Shown piece after piece: positions 12,498 through 34,419 of a DNA stretch of 64,000 bases (position 1 is the first letter of the stretch; each line of letters begins with the position of its first letter). The stretch is taken from positions 16,606,722-16,670,721 of the forward strand of contig OZ037766.1 of assembly GCA_964035545.1 (NCBI GenBank). The letters run 5' to 3'. Under the pieces are notes generated by a model. That model was not told the DNA's origin, searched no databases, and worked only from the letters and a program-made list of their open reading frames with translations. The stretch comes from Bugula neritina. Its lineage: Eukaryota > Animalia > Bryozoa. The position numbers and the translations under genes were made by a program.

Positions 12498-13579
12498 GTA
12501 GGGCCATCGTTAGGTGCAATGACGAAGGGCCCCAGTAGACCCCCCATGGGCGGTAGCGGACCAGTCCCAGACCACATCGCAGACTTGTACACGGATGCCT
12601 GTGATGGCTGCACGAGTAACAGGGAATGCCTGGTGATGGCGCAGTTACTTTGTGAGTACAAGGGCGTGTTCAGCAGTGGGGACAATGACGTGGGACTGAC
12701 CAAGGCTGTTCGTCATGAAATTTCCCTGGCTGAGGGGACGGTCCCAATCCGGCAACCCATGTGCAGGTTGGGCCCGGAAAAGGTTGGTACCGCACCAGTC
12801 GCCGCAGTCACCACCGCCGGAAGTCACCAGCCAATCAAATGACACTTTCTTCTTATCAGGAGGGCCTTCCGACGCCCATCCTTATTCTACATATGGATAT
12901 AGTGTAAAACTCACTTTTTTGTACTGAACTCTGACTTGTATGCTTTGTATACTTTATGTAAACTTCTTTTGTAATTAGTCTTATAAGTATATCTGTTCAT
13001 CCAACCTTAATAACTACTCGGTTCTCTCACATAAACCTCGGAGCTAGGCTATGCACTAGCAGTCTAAGCACACAATAAAACGCATTTGTAGTAGCCAGTT
13101 AAGCTAAAACAATAGTAATAGACAGTAGTAATACTAATAATAATAGTAATAAGTAATAGTAATATTAATAGCTATACAATTACTATTACTATTAGTATTA
13201 TTACTATTATTATTTTTTGTGATTTACTTTTACAGTTTTAGTGATACTGTGTATCTGTATGGTCATAAATATTAAATTTTAAAAGAAAATTGCCGTAATT
13301 TGGTTTTCATGAACTTTAAATTCTTATGAACAGATTTAAATTCTTATGCCAATTTGGTTCAAAATTCACCACTTAGGTAGGGCGTGCCTCATATCCAAAC
13401 AAAAAAATTTCCCCCATACAAAAACATACAAAAAGTAACTTTTTGCTCTCTAGATCTTAGAAACCAATAACTATACTATACTACGAATTAGTATAGTATT
13501 ATAAATAATAATAATAATTATAAACATAATTATTATTATATTGTATTGTTACTACAACACAAGACTCTAGTTGTCCGTG

Positions 13580-14602
13580 ATGGCTGGTGACCGGAACACT
13601 CAAAGCCAACCACAACCAGGATCACAACAGTCTCAAAATGACAAAAACAAAGACTCGACCAACCCAGAATGCAAAACTTGTAACAATGTCGATTGCTATG
13701 TTACCAACACAAGGGGCCTTTCTCAAAAATTTGGTGCTAAGTGGATCCAATGTGATTTTTGTGATGATTGGTTCCATGGTACCTGCCAAAGCCTCACCAA
13801 TTCAGATGTTGCTACGCTAGACAAAATGGATGAAAAGAATGTGAAATGGTTCTGCAACACATGCCTTCCAGTCATTGAAGCTTCTCTTCAAGGCCGAGAC
13901 AGGGTGAACAACAACGGTGAAGACTCTCTTGCTCTTCACAGCCCCCACTCAAGAAAGCTGAATAAAATTGAAGACATAATGCAACAAATTAATGCAAAGA
14001 TTGGAGCAACAAACACTGCCCTTGAAGAAAGAATGACAAAACTAGAGAAATCATATGCCGACGCTGCAAAGTCAAATACTGAAAACCTGAAGAAAGGGAT
14101 GGAGATCAGCGACAGTGCTCGAAACCTGCTGAAGAAGAGTATTGAACAACGGGAGACTGAAAACAGGAAAAATAATGCCGTTCTTTATGGCATAGATGAA
14201 CAGGAAGGTAAAAGCGCACTGGAGATGATTAAAGACCTAATGACAAGTGATACTTTCCATGCAACTCCGAAACCCCTAAGAGCAATATGCTTACAGACCT
14301 CAGGACCAGTTGACAAAAACAAACCAAGGCCGATTAAAATAGAATTTCCAGACGAATATTCAAAGTGGGAATTCCTAAAAAGAACAAATGCTACACTACG
14401 TGGACGCAAGATCTACTGCAAACTTGATGAATGCAAAGAGATTCGTGACCAGCAGTATGCCCTTCGGCAAGAGATAAAGCGAATGAAAGGGGAAAACAGT
14501 GACACTGACCAAGAAACTGACTACCGGATAAGAAATATGAGAATACAGACAAAATCTCCTTCGGGGGAATGGCGATACATGACCAAACAGACCAGTGTTT
14601 AA
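13580..14602 (+). CDS. LINE ORF1 protein: PHD finger, coiled coil and RRM-like domain
   Basis: C4HC3 pattern CKTC...WIQCDFCDDWFHGTC...WFCNTC. RKNNAVLYGIDE...RPIKIEF is typical of CR1/L2 ORF1p. First ATG at 13580. Confidence 0.9.
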   Translation: MAGDRNTQSQPQPGSQQSQNDKNKDSTNPECKTCNNVDCYVTNTRGLSQKFGAKWIQCDFCDDWFHGTCQSLTNSDVATLDKMDEKNVKWFCNTCLPVIEASLQGRDRVNNNGEDSLALHSPHSRKLNKIEDIMQQINAKIGATNTALEERMTKLEKSYADAAKSNTENLKKGMEISDSARNLLKKSIEQRETENRKNNAVLYGIDEQEGKSALEMIKDLMTSDTFHATPKPLRAICLQTSGPVDKNKPRPIKIEFPDEYSKWEFLKRTNATLRGRKIYCKLDECKEIRDQQYALRQEIKRMKGENSDTDQETDYRIRNMRIQTKSPSGEWRYMTKQTSV

Positions 14603-17338
14603 AATTCTTTCTTGCCAATGTGAGATCTCTCAAAGGCAAAACTATTGAACTATCATCACAAACATGTAATTCCGACATAATCTGCCTGACTGAGACACAC
14701 ATAAATCAGATGATACCAAGTCACACCATCTTTGATTATAACAACAAAAGGATCTACAGAAAGGATCGTAATGTAAATGGGGGTGGGGGTCTTAATTGCC
14801 ATTAATGACAACCTGCGCTCTACCCAAATTAACATAGAAGATACAACTAGTGCCGGGATCATATTTGTAAGAATAGAGGAGAGCTTAATTGTCGGATGTT
14901 ACTACAGACCCCCACATGATAGAGATGTATCCATATTGAGTAGCAACCTAGAATTATTAACTCAACAGTTCCCCAATGACCACATCATCTTAGCCGGGGA
15001 TTTCAATCTCCCCCACATTAATTGGCACACTTATCAACCCAAACTGAAGGCCCAGGATAAGGTCCTTCATAACTCATTCCTATGTATGTTGAACTTCTAT
15101 AACCTAAGTCAACTAACAACCTCACCAACCCACATTCATGGCAACACGCTCGACTTACTTTGCACCAACTCCCCCCAAGACTTAACATCCCAAGACGTAA
15201 TCTTCCCAGGGCTAAGTGATCACGCCATGATAAAAGCAAATATCCGATGGAACAAAGCAAAAGACCACCATATAGTAACCTCCAAAACTGTCAAAGATTA
15301 CCACAGAGTAGATATCAACAAATTCCGGGAAGATATGCAAAGAACTAAACATGACCTAGATGAATTGGATGATGTACAGGAAATGTGGGATCATTTTTCA
15401 TCTAGTCTACATCAGGCCATATGTGACCATGTCCCAACGAAAGTACTGTCGTCTAAGCTTAAAAATGAACCTGTTTGGTTTAACAAAGAGTGTAGACGGA
15501 TATCACGTAAAGAGAGGAAAAGCTATAATCACTACAAATCAAACGGGGACTTATTCAGTTATGCGAAATACAAGGAAATCCGGAAAACAGCTAAGAAAGT
15601 CTTTAGGATGGTAAAAAGTGAATATGGTCACAATAAAATCATCCAACCACTCCTAGAAAGCAACAGTAAGCCCTTTTACCGGCACCTCAAAGGAAACTCA
15701 AATAACAAAAATCGCATAAAACTCAAAATGACTGATGGTACCCTTAATGCAGATCCAGCAAACTGTGCGGAAACCTTCAACAAATTCTTCCACTCCCAAT
15801 TCAACAGTGGGCACCAACTGACATCACTTGGTCCCAACTCAGCAAACATAGATAATCCACCAGATATCGACAGCAATGGTATTGCCAAGTTAATACAGAA
15901 CCTCAAGCCTGGAAAAGCTCCAGGTCCAGATGGCCTGAGGAAGGCAGATCTGATGGTTGATCTCCCACTAATATCCGCTTGTTTTGCGATCATATACAAA
16001 ACCTCTATGAATCAACAGAAGCTTCCCACCCAGTGGAAAGAGGCGTATGTGACCCCTATCCATAAAAGCGGTGCAGAGGATTGTGCTCAAAACTATCGAC
16101 CCATCTCACTCACTAGCATCCCATGTAAAATGGCAGAACATCTCATCCTACGTAAAATACTTGCCAACGTTGACAATGTACTGAGCACAAGACAACACGG
16201 CTTCCGCCAGGGCTTGTCCTGCGAGACCCAATTATGCGCCACTCTCCATCAGATACTGAACTATGTCGATAAACATAAGGCTGTTCACGCAGCAGTCCTA
16301 GATTTTACAAAAGCATTTGACCGGGTCCCCCATGCCCTTCTAATGGAGAAACTACGAACAATTGCACCAATGGAAGACTATCTGCTCGGATGGGTACACA
16401 ACTTCCTCCTAAACCGATCTCAGAGGGTCGTACTCGATGGCAAAAAGTCAGAACCACTGCCAGTGACGTCTGGGGTACCTCAGGGCTCTGTGCTCGGTCC
16501 CATACTGTTTCTCGTGTTCATAAATGATCTCCCTGACTGTGTTGATTGTGAAGTTGGTCTCTTCGCAGATGACACCCTCCTCTACCAGCCTGTCTCAGAT
16601 GACCAAGACAGACTAAGGTTTCAAAGGAACATAGATGCAGCAGGAAGCTGGGCTTCAAAGTGGGGTATGGAGTTCAATGTTAAAAAGAGCAAAATTATGG
16701 CATTCAAAGAGCAAGATATACCAGCACACTACACGTTAAATGGCACAGTTCTAGAACAGGTGGACAAATCAACATACCTCGGAGTGACTCTACAGGCCAA
16801 CCTGAAGTTTGATAATCATATCCAGAGCAAAATATTGCTAGCAAACAAACAACTGGGGATGATGAAAAGGGCTTTGTACTGGGCACCCGAAAAAGTGAGA
16901 CTCATGGCTTACAAATCCCTATGCCTTCCTCACCTAGACTATGTTTCTGCTGTTTGGGACCCCTATACTACAAAAATAAATTCCATCGAAGAGGTGCAAA
17001 CACGGGCAGTAAGAGCCATAGCTAACATCAAGGGTAGAAGAGGAGTGCGAGAAGCAAAAGAAAGACTGGAGCTGACCGCCCTCGATGAAAGAAGAACTCA
17101 ACGGCTAAGACTCCTTATGAGGATACTCCAAAAGGAAGAATATCACCCAGCACTCTCTGCAGCGTATGACGAACTAATAAATACCCCGGGAAGTTTTATC
17201 CAAACTAGGGCCCAAACACTAGGACAGCCAAGATCAGTCAGCACCAATAATAACTGCTATTATAACAGGTTCTTGCCACGGACAATCCGTGACCTTAAAG
17301 GGAACAATCCTTGCAAGACTAATTTACACACAGAATAA
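14569..17338 (+). CDS. LINE ORF2 (AP endonuclease plus reverse transcriptase) with one +1 frameshift in a G run at ~14779-14789
   Basis: Endonuclease motifs ANVRSL, CLTET, RKDR..GGGVLI, GDFN, LDL and SDH. RT motifs KAPGPDG, NYRPISLTS, DFTKAFD, GVPQGSVLGP and FADD. ORFs 14569-14805 and 14777-17338 join if one G is removed. Confidence 0.92.
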
Positions 17339-17509
17339 TCTAAACATTGACAGGTTAACTTACCTGTACTAATAAACAATATTGCAACACACACTGCAAC
17401 CAATTTATGGACTATTGTATGCATTTTACTTTCTGACCAACCGTAAACATATGAGGCATGCCGCTTCTGCTACCTAGTGGTCTAGCATGATCGTAATCTG
17501 GAGGTAACT

Positions 17510-19150
17510 GGAGGTAATACTAATACTAATAGTAATAGTGAATTAGTATTACTATTAGTATTAGTATTACATTTACTTTTAGTTCTACTATCAGATTTAA
17601 TATTAGTATTACTATTATTGTTACTACTATAACTATTACTATTAGTATTACTATTACTAGTAATGATTAGACTTAGTAGTACATTTTTATTTTGATTTAG
17701 TTTTATCAAATATCAATCGATTCACTTTTACTTTAGTTTTACAAGCTGGTGATTAGTCTAAACTTAAACATTAAAATTAACAATAATTATAAGTACAGTT
17801 GTAAGACTAAGTAAGTGTGAGCCTGAAAAAATACATAAAAACTACCTTTATTTTTCAAGTTCAAAAGATAACCGCCAAAGTCAAAGTGACCTACGGCTAC
17901 TACTACTACTACTAGTGCACCTAAACTTGTTTAGGATAATACTGATACTATTGATACAAGTTTAATTTTTAGCGGTAATAAAACACACGATTAATTTTAA
18001 TCGAAAATTTGTGTTTATATTTATGATGTTAACTTGTGATTTGTAAGACTATTTGTGCTGGAATTATTCTCGCAAGCCCCAGTTCTATACTGAACACAAC
18101 TCCCAAGACAAGCTGTACAGAAACGTGCGTTATAATTTTTATAATATTGACCCTTAACCCCTAAGCAACTCCCGAAAAAATTCAACTAGCAACAATTCCA
18201 GTTCAATGAGTGTAATTGTATGTAAATGAAAAAGTTTGGCCACATGTGAAGCTAAGGCAAGAAAAATCACCTTTATCATGATCATGGTGATAGTAACGTA
18301 GGATAGTGCTAAAGCTGCTATTATATATTTATTCATTATTATATTTATTGTAACACTAACTTTTACTTTTACTTTTAGTTTTACCTTTAGAATTACTCAA
18401 TTACTGAATTAGTGTTTCTGTTAGTGTTACACTTAGTTAACGTCTACTTAGTCTTACACTTAGTCTTACGGTTTAAGTTACTGGTTAGTCGTAGTGTTAC
18501 TGATAACATTAATATCATTATTAATTCATAGTATTATTTAATTGTACATGTATGATGTAAACTAATACTAATAGTAATAGTAGTAATAGTAATCTAATAG
18601 TAATTCTTGCAAATTCAAAGTGAAAGCTCTATCACTATGTCTAAACTCTCAAGTCCTAAGCATAAGATTAAGCTTGGCAGACTCAGAGTGAAAGTCGGCA
18701 TCAGACCCACTCTCAGTAAATGTAGTTGTTATTGTTAAACTTAATGTAATGATAAAGCTCTACAGAATGAGAATTGGGGCTTTAAAATACAAAGGAAAAT
18801 AAACAAATTATCAATAATAATTACTATTACTACTAGTACTCTACTAGTATTAGTAATAGTATTACTATTACTATTCGTATTGGTATTACTATTCGTATTG
18901 GTATTACTATTACTATTAGTCAACTAATAAAGTAGAAATTAAAATTAATATTTCTTTCTAATTCTATTAGTATTACCAGTACAAGGCCTACTACTAGTAC
19001 TATTAGTAGTGCTAGTATTAGTATTAGTAGTGACTAGTTCTTTACTAGTCACTACTAAATCAAAATTTAAAGTCTAAATAGTAAAATACTCTAAGACTAC
19101 TTTGATATGGTACCTAGTACTTAGAGTTAGTTCGTTACTGAATTACTATT
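17510..19150. repeat. Patchy hexamer-lattice tracts (17510-17740 and 18350-19150); similar tracts at 3960-4090 and 13110-13220
   Basis: AGTAAT/ACTAAT, ATTACT/ATTAGT and TTTACT/TTTAGT units. Confidence 0.75.
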
Positions 19151-19189
19151 AGTTATACTAATTATAAATTTAATCACAGCTATTGATCC

Positions 19190-20470
19190 CTTTGACTGAC
19201 AGGTACATTTCTTGTAAGATATTGAAGCACTTGGTACTGAGAAATCTGCTAGAAAAAATTTGTGTCACCATGCTATGACCTACTCTATCTTACAGATACA
19301 CTCCAAATTGTTCATGCAGCTGCTTTTAACTTTACTAACGCATTTGATCAAGTGTCCTATACCTTTCTTATAAAAAGCTGACAGAGACTACATATTTGGA
19401 TGAATACATCCTACACTGAATAAAAAGATTTCTGTTCAGTTGAGCGAGTGGGGCTACAAGTTAATGCCCCAGGCTCGTCACTAGTTACCTCAGGTGTGCC
19501 ATGAGGATTGGTTTTAGGGCCAATATTTTTTCTCACCTTCATCAACGACTTATCTGACTGTCTTGACTGCTCGTGTGCCTTGTTTGCTGATGGCACCCTT
19601 GTTTACCAGGATATAACCTCATTAAGTGAGTGCCGAAGGTTTCAACGAAACCTAGAACCACTTGGCGCTTCATCAGACAAATCAGACATATAATTCAACA
19701 TCTCTAGGATCAAAGTCATAAGCTTCAACTTTGTAGGTGATAATCCCAAGTACATGGTGAATGAATTACTCAGACTATTATGTAGACTTAAAAAATACCT
19801 GGGTTTCACACTACAGTCAGGCTGCAGATTCAATAAACACATATCAAAGAAAATACTAGACACTAGAAGACGGTTGGGTATGGTTAAATGAGCTTTTTAC
19901 TAGGCCTCTGAATGACCAGAGTTGATTGCATACAAAGCACTGTGTCTACCACATCTTAAATTATATGCTATAGCAGCTTGGGGCCTGCAAGAAGGATATC
20001 TCTGACTTGGAAAAGGTACAAGTGAATGCTTCAATGATACAACCCCTTGAAAAAAAGAAAAGCCAGATATATTAGTCTTCTTTCAAAGATTTTGGTACAA
20101 AATGAACAATATACGGCTATCAGCTCTGCCTATGATGATCTGTTGACCAACTAAGTATAAGCATTATATAGACTCGCTCTCAAGCGAGGATACAGCCTCG
20201 ATTAGTGAGGGCTAGCAGTACCAATTACTTGAATAGTTTTCTCCCAAGGACTCTTGGAGGTCTAAAATTGGTACAATCAAAGCAATAGCTCAAAAGGTTT
20301 CGAGATTGCGCTCTCGACATAGGCAGGATTAAGTTCCTATTCAGTTGATACAGCTCAATGAGTACTAACTGTTTGACTATTGCCCAATGGCTGCCCAACA
20401 TGTTGTCCATATGCGGCACACCTCTTCCTCCCTCTAGGGCAGTCCAGTGTGATGGTCAAGATCAATATGA
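19190..20470 (+). mobile_element. Degenerate, 5'-truncated CR1/L2-type LINE
   Basis: Broken RT (VTSGVP*GLVLGPIFFLTFINDL..LFADG) and a 3' UTR clearly homologous to 40620-40770. Confidence 0.85.
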
Positions 20471-21497
20471 ACAATAATTTTTATCAGTAAATCACACTAG
20501 TCGGCATTTGAAACTTTAGAAGCATCTTAATGAGAATATAATTATAAAATTCAAACATTAAATATAAATAATATTTATATCTAATTTTCGAATTTTATAA
20601 TATAATGATTATCAAAATGTCTAGTTATTAAATTTGATGAGCTTTAAATGTTATAATAATGCTATCACAGCATTACTATTAGTATTAGATAATAACTATT
20701 GATATTGATTTTTCCTATAAATTGAAATTATGTATTAAATGTAACACTAATTATATTTAATTTTGTATCAGGTTTGTTTTATATCAACATTGGTAATATA
20801 TTTAGTATACAGGCTGAAGTGGTAGCATAATCGTATGATTGTTTTTAATGGCATACAGTAGGCCTACAATAAACTCATTCATAAAATATATTTGAGTTGT
20901 TTAACAATTTATACTGCAATGCACCTGCCCTTCCCCTTACAGAAAAAAAAACTTTTAAATATACTTATGCTGAGGAAGCTGCAAAATCTGTAGTTATGAC
21001 TACTTAAGGGATTTTATATTGTAAGAAACATCTATATTTACAATACACCTGAATTGAAGCAGATTATACAAATTACTCGAGTTGTGTTCTCAACTAGTGG
21101 ATTGTGGCCTCAGTAGCAGGAAAAGAAAAACGTCACAAATGTTGAACATAATATAAAGTTGAGCCTTTTGAAGAAGGAAAATTCATACAACCTGATCCCA
21201 AATTGATGCAACTCATGCCTGTGGCAATGCTATTACTTTGTACACAATCTATGGATGTGGGCTCTGAACAAATGAAACATGGCAGTTTAGAAGTAAAGTA
21301 TGCATAAATTGATGCTTACAATCCACAAAATCGACCAAATGTAAAGCGGGGGGGGGGGCTGTAGTGCAATTATGTGTCTCCTCCTATATAGGAACTTATT
21401 ACTTTTAGCACTTTAACTTTAAAGTAAAATATTTAGTTATTTAACGACTATTGATAGTTGGAAGAGGCATTACAGCGTAGAAATGCAAATGTAGTTA

Positions 21498-21940
21498 GCG
21501 TAAGGCCACACGACGCGGGCTACCCCGCGTGGGTTCAAATTTTTGAAAACCCATCTCCAGAGCGACCTGCCACACAATGCATGTGGTGTGGGTGTGGAAA
21601 TTTATTAGCTAATAGTCTTGGAGTTTAATTTTACTGCTCACCTACAGACGTTTGTTTTTAAATTTACGTCATCGGCAAAGTGACTTTAGATATTATAAAA
21701 GCGGAAATGCAAACTATACAAAACTCTTTTATTTCAGTTCGCTAAAAGCTAAAATGTGAATTGACATAAAAAAAGTGTGCTCGCTAAATGGTAATAAGCC
21801 AACTAAATCAAACCACACGAACTTTCTGCACTTGCTGCTCAGCATGTTATCCGCATGAAAATCACGTCACGCTCCATTTTCGGGCTAAATGGATTTTCTC
21901 GTATGTCCCGCGCGGTAACCCTCGTCGTGTGGCCTTACGC
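21498..21940. mobile_element. PIF/Harbinger (Tourist-like) MITE, 443 bp
   Basis: 27-bp TIRs GCGTAAGGCCACACGACG(C/A)GGG(C/T)TACC with 2 mismatches. TTA TSD at 21495-21497 and 21941-21943. Confidence 0.9.
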
Positions 21941-22271
21941 TTAGTGTTTCTTTTGCTACAGAATGATATATGGGGGTGGCAGAAAACTTAAATATCATTA
22001 CCATATACCTGAAGGATGCTAAAATAGCATGCAACTAATAAGTACTGTTGGTTTGATTTTGTCTACATTTAGGACTTAGGTAATCAAATTATGATTTATA
22101 GTATTAAATTAAAAGTTTTCACATGATTTATAATTTGTTCAATCTGCATCTACAGTACCCTCTGCAGGGCACATAGTCTTGATTAAACTTTTTATTACAT
22201 TTTAAGTGTATCGATGTTTGTGCATAAGATTTATTTATTGTAGTATTTTTTGTAGGGAATGTCTAAGAAGA

Positions 22272-23951
22272 ATGAGGTGTTTTCTATTAGGAAGGAGAGT
22301 TTGTAATTCTGTCATTAAGCGATATTTTAACTGTAGCAGTGTTGCCACCATGAGTACTACAGTGAGTAGGCAACACTCTGTTTATGTAACCAGAAATGTC
22401 CCAGAATCTGGGATTCAACTGCTAACCTCTGCTGGACTCAAAGTCACTCAGTGGAAGCATGATGCTGCTGTACCAAGAGAAGAACTGCTAACAAACATAT
22501 CACAAGTAGATGCCTTGTTTTGCCTGTTGACTGACAAGGTTGATTCTGAGCTGCTAGATGCTGCAGGTATTTATAGTTAATATATTATTGAGCAACATTT
22601 TATATGATTATTATCAAGATAATAAAATAAAGTAATTTATAATTTCTAATGTTTGCTAAACCTCTATAATGCAATCGGAAATATTTGAAGGTTTTTGTAT
22701 GATAGCATTAAATAGATACTGAGGAATCGCAATGGGTTGGTATTTAGCATTGTTTTTGCGAGATTTTCAAATGCTGCTTCCACTTTGATTTTCAATCTAG
22801 GTGGATCTTTGAAAGTGATAGGGACGATGTCAGTCGGCCATGATCATATAGACATGGAGGAATGTAAGAAGAGAGGCATACATGTAGGATATACACCTGA
22901 TGTTCTAACTCATGCTACAGCAGAACTAACTGTTGCTCTTTTACTAGCTACATCTCGCAGGTTGATGGAAGGTATGCATAGCTTAGACCAACTTTTTTAT
23001 ATTTTAACGTCTTAAACCATTTTGTAAAAATACAGTTTTGCTATGTTACATATTGATCTCATATTGATATAGTTGACAATTTTATTATTGAAGGTGTGCA
23101 AGCAGCAAAGGATGGATCTTGGGGTACATGGAAACCTACATGGCTGTGTGGCCCATCTCTTCAAAACTCAACTGTTGGCATTTTAGGTTTTGGTAGAATT
23201 GGGCAACAGGTAGGGAAATTAAAAATAATGAATATTTAGTGCTCCATTCATCATAGTAGCTAATGTTAATTTGTCCTTCCATGCTTCATAATCAAGCCGA
23301 AAATTTTCTACCCAAAATTTGTTAATATTATAATTTGCAAAAATTAAAATTTAGAGAGTTCAAGTAAGGTTAGACTTTAGTTTTGTTTAGGAGCTTGCTG
23401 AATTCACTAGTATTTTACATTTAGTTACTTTCTCAAAAGTTATTTTACATCAATTTGCAGCTCTTAATCAAGTCATGGTATTTTAGGTAGCCAAAAACCT
23501 TAGTGGATTTGATGTTGGTAAAATAATATATACTGCAAGGACTGAAGTTGCTTCTTATGCCCAAAAGGTAGAATTCGATGAGCTTCTCCTACAATCAGAC
23601 TTTCTCATCATTTGCTGTGCTCTCACTGATTCCACAAAAAATTTATTTGACAAAAATGCTTTTTTAAAAATGAAGAAAAGTGCTATACTAGTGAACACAT
23701 CTCGAGGCCCTGTTGTAAACATGGATGACCTCGCTGAAGCCTTAGAAAACAAAGAAATAGCTGGAGCTGGCTTAGATGTAACCGTCCCTGAACCTATTCC
23801 TCTAGATCATAGCCTGCTAAAACTAAATAATTGTGTGGTACTGCCACATATAGGAAGTGCCACAAATGAAGCACGCTCTGCTATGAGTAGACTCACTGCA
23901 GAAAACATTATCGCTGCCCTCAATAATCAAAAGATGCCTGCAGAGCTATAA
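22272..23951 (+). CDS. GRHPR: Glyoxylate/hydroxypyruvate reductase (348 aa from ATG 22272; 322 aa from ATG 22350)
   Basis: Exons 22272-22566, 22801-22971, 23094-23209 and 23487-23951 join in frame. Motifs [66 protein letters not shown] and LPHIGSAT. Confidence 0.95.
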
Positions 23952-24728
23952 CCTGCCTAATTACTTTAGTTTTAGCTGTAATGTCATTTAAGTTACTTAC
24001 GCTGCTTGCTTAGTGCCTTAGTATATATTAATAGATGTTATTTTAAATTAATCAATTAGCTTTAATAATTATCAATAAGGTAAAAAGCCTTTTTCATCTT
24101 TCTTTTATTTTTGCCAGAAATTAAATAAAGTTGCAAAGTAACAGAACCCATAAAATAAATTTTGCATGCAAGCATTGCTAATTTAAATTATAGCACCAAC
24201 AATGATAGTATATTTAAGTATTTCAAATAATATGGAAAAAATGTGAATGTCAAAGATACAAAAATATTGTTTGTATAATACTTAATGATTGTTACAGCCA
24301 AATCTGGATATCGATTAGTATCAATTGGTGTGATTAAAAAAACCATAATATATAATTTATGTTATAAATGTCACTATTCAAAAAAACAATACCACAACTC
24401 TAGAATGATCACAACTATGAAAAAAATTTAGATTGACTTGAAGATTGTATACCTGAGGGCTAGAAATATTTTGCTATGAAATAAATGGTGACAAGTTTTG
24501 AGTAAATTTAGTAGATGTGGCTACCAGCAAAATAAAGCAAGATAAACAGCAAAAGGAAATCTAACAGATTTAAAACAAGGAGAAATGAAAGTTTTTATAT
24601 TCGAATGATGTTGAAGGTGACAAAGTATGGTAGCATTCAAGAGATTCAAAGAGAGAAGTGTTGAACATAAGAAATTAGAGAATGCGGCAGCTTCCATAAA
24701 GGATTTGTCGATTTTTAACAGGAACAAA

Positions 24729-34242
<9,514 letters not shown>

Positions 34243-34419
34243 TATGATTTTTCACAAACCAGTGTCATTCCATCAAATTGATTAGTCTTAGGTCTAAAAA
34301 ATGAATTTATGCAAACAAATACTGAACTTACTTTCAATAAAATCCTTATACTCAAAGAATGATTAATTATGCTTAGATCACAATATTTATGAAACTTTGT
34401 TTTGTAGTCTATAAAATGA

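Larger units (their letters stand above)
4093..13031 (+). mobile_element. Internally deleted Ty3/Gypsy LTR retrotransposon remnant, split by the BEL/Pao insertion (pieces 4093-5221 and ~12498-13031)
   Basis: Protease relic GSSFFLPGKISGKAATFLLGSGCTTNLLS (catalytic D changed to G) at ~4565-4650. RT N-terminus relic VFSSGDNDVGLTKAVRHEISLAEGTVPIRQP at ~12670-12760. Diverged LTR segment repeated at ~4249-4337 and ~12788-12876. Termini TGTGGGA...TCTCACA; no TSD found, so outer boundaries are tentative. Confidence 0.75.
13560..17517 (+). mobile_element. Near-full-length CR1/L2-group non-LTR retrotransposon
   Basis: Two ORFs, a 3' UTR, and a tail of (CTGGAGGTAA)2 that runs into a TAATAC/TAGTAA tract. 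The 5' boundary is approximate and no TSD was resolved. Confidence 0.92.
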
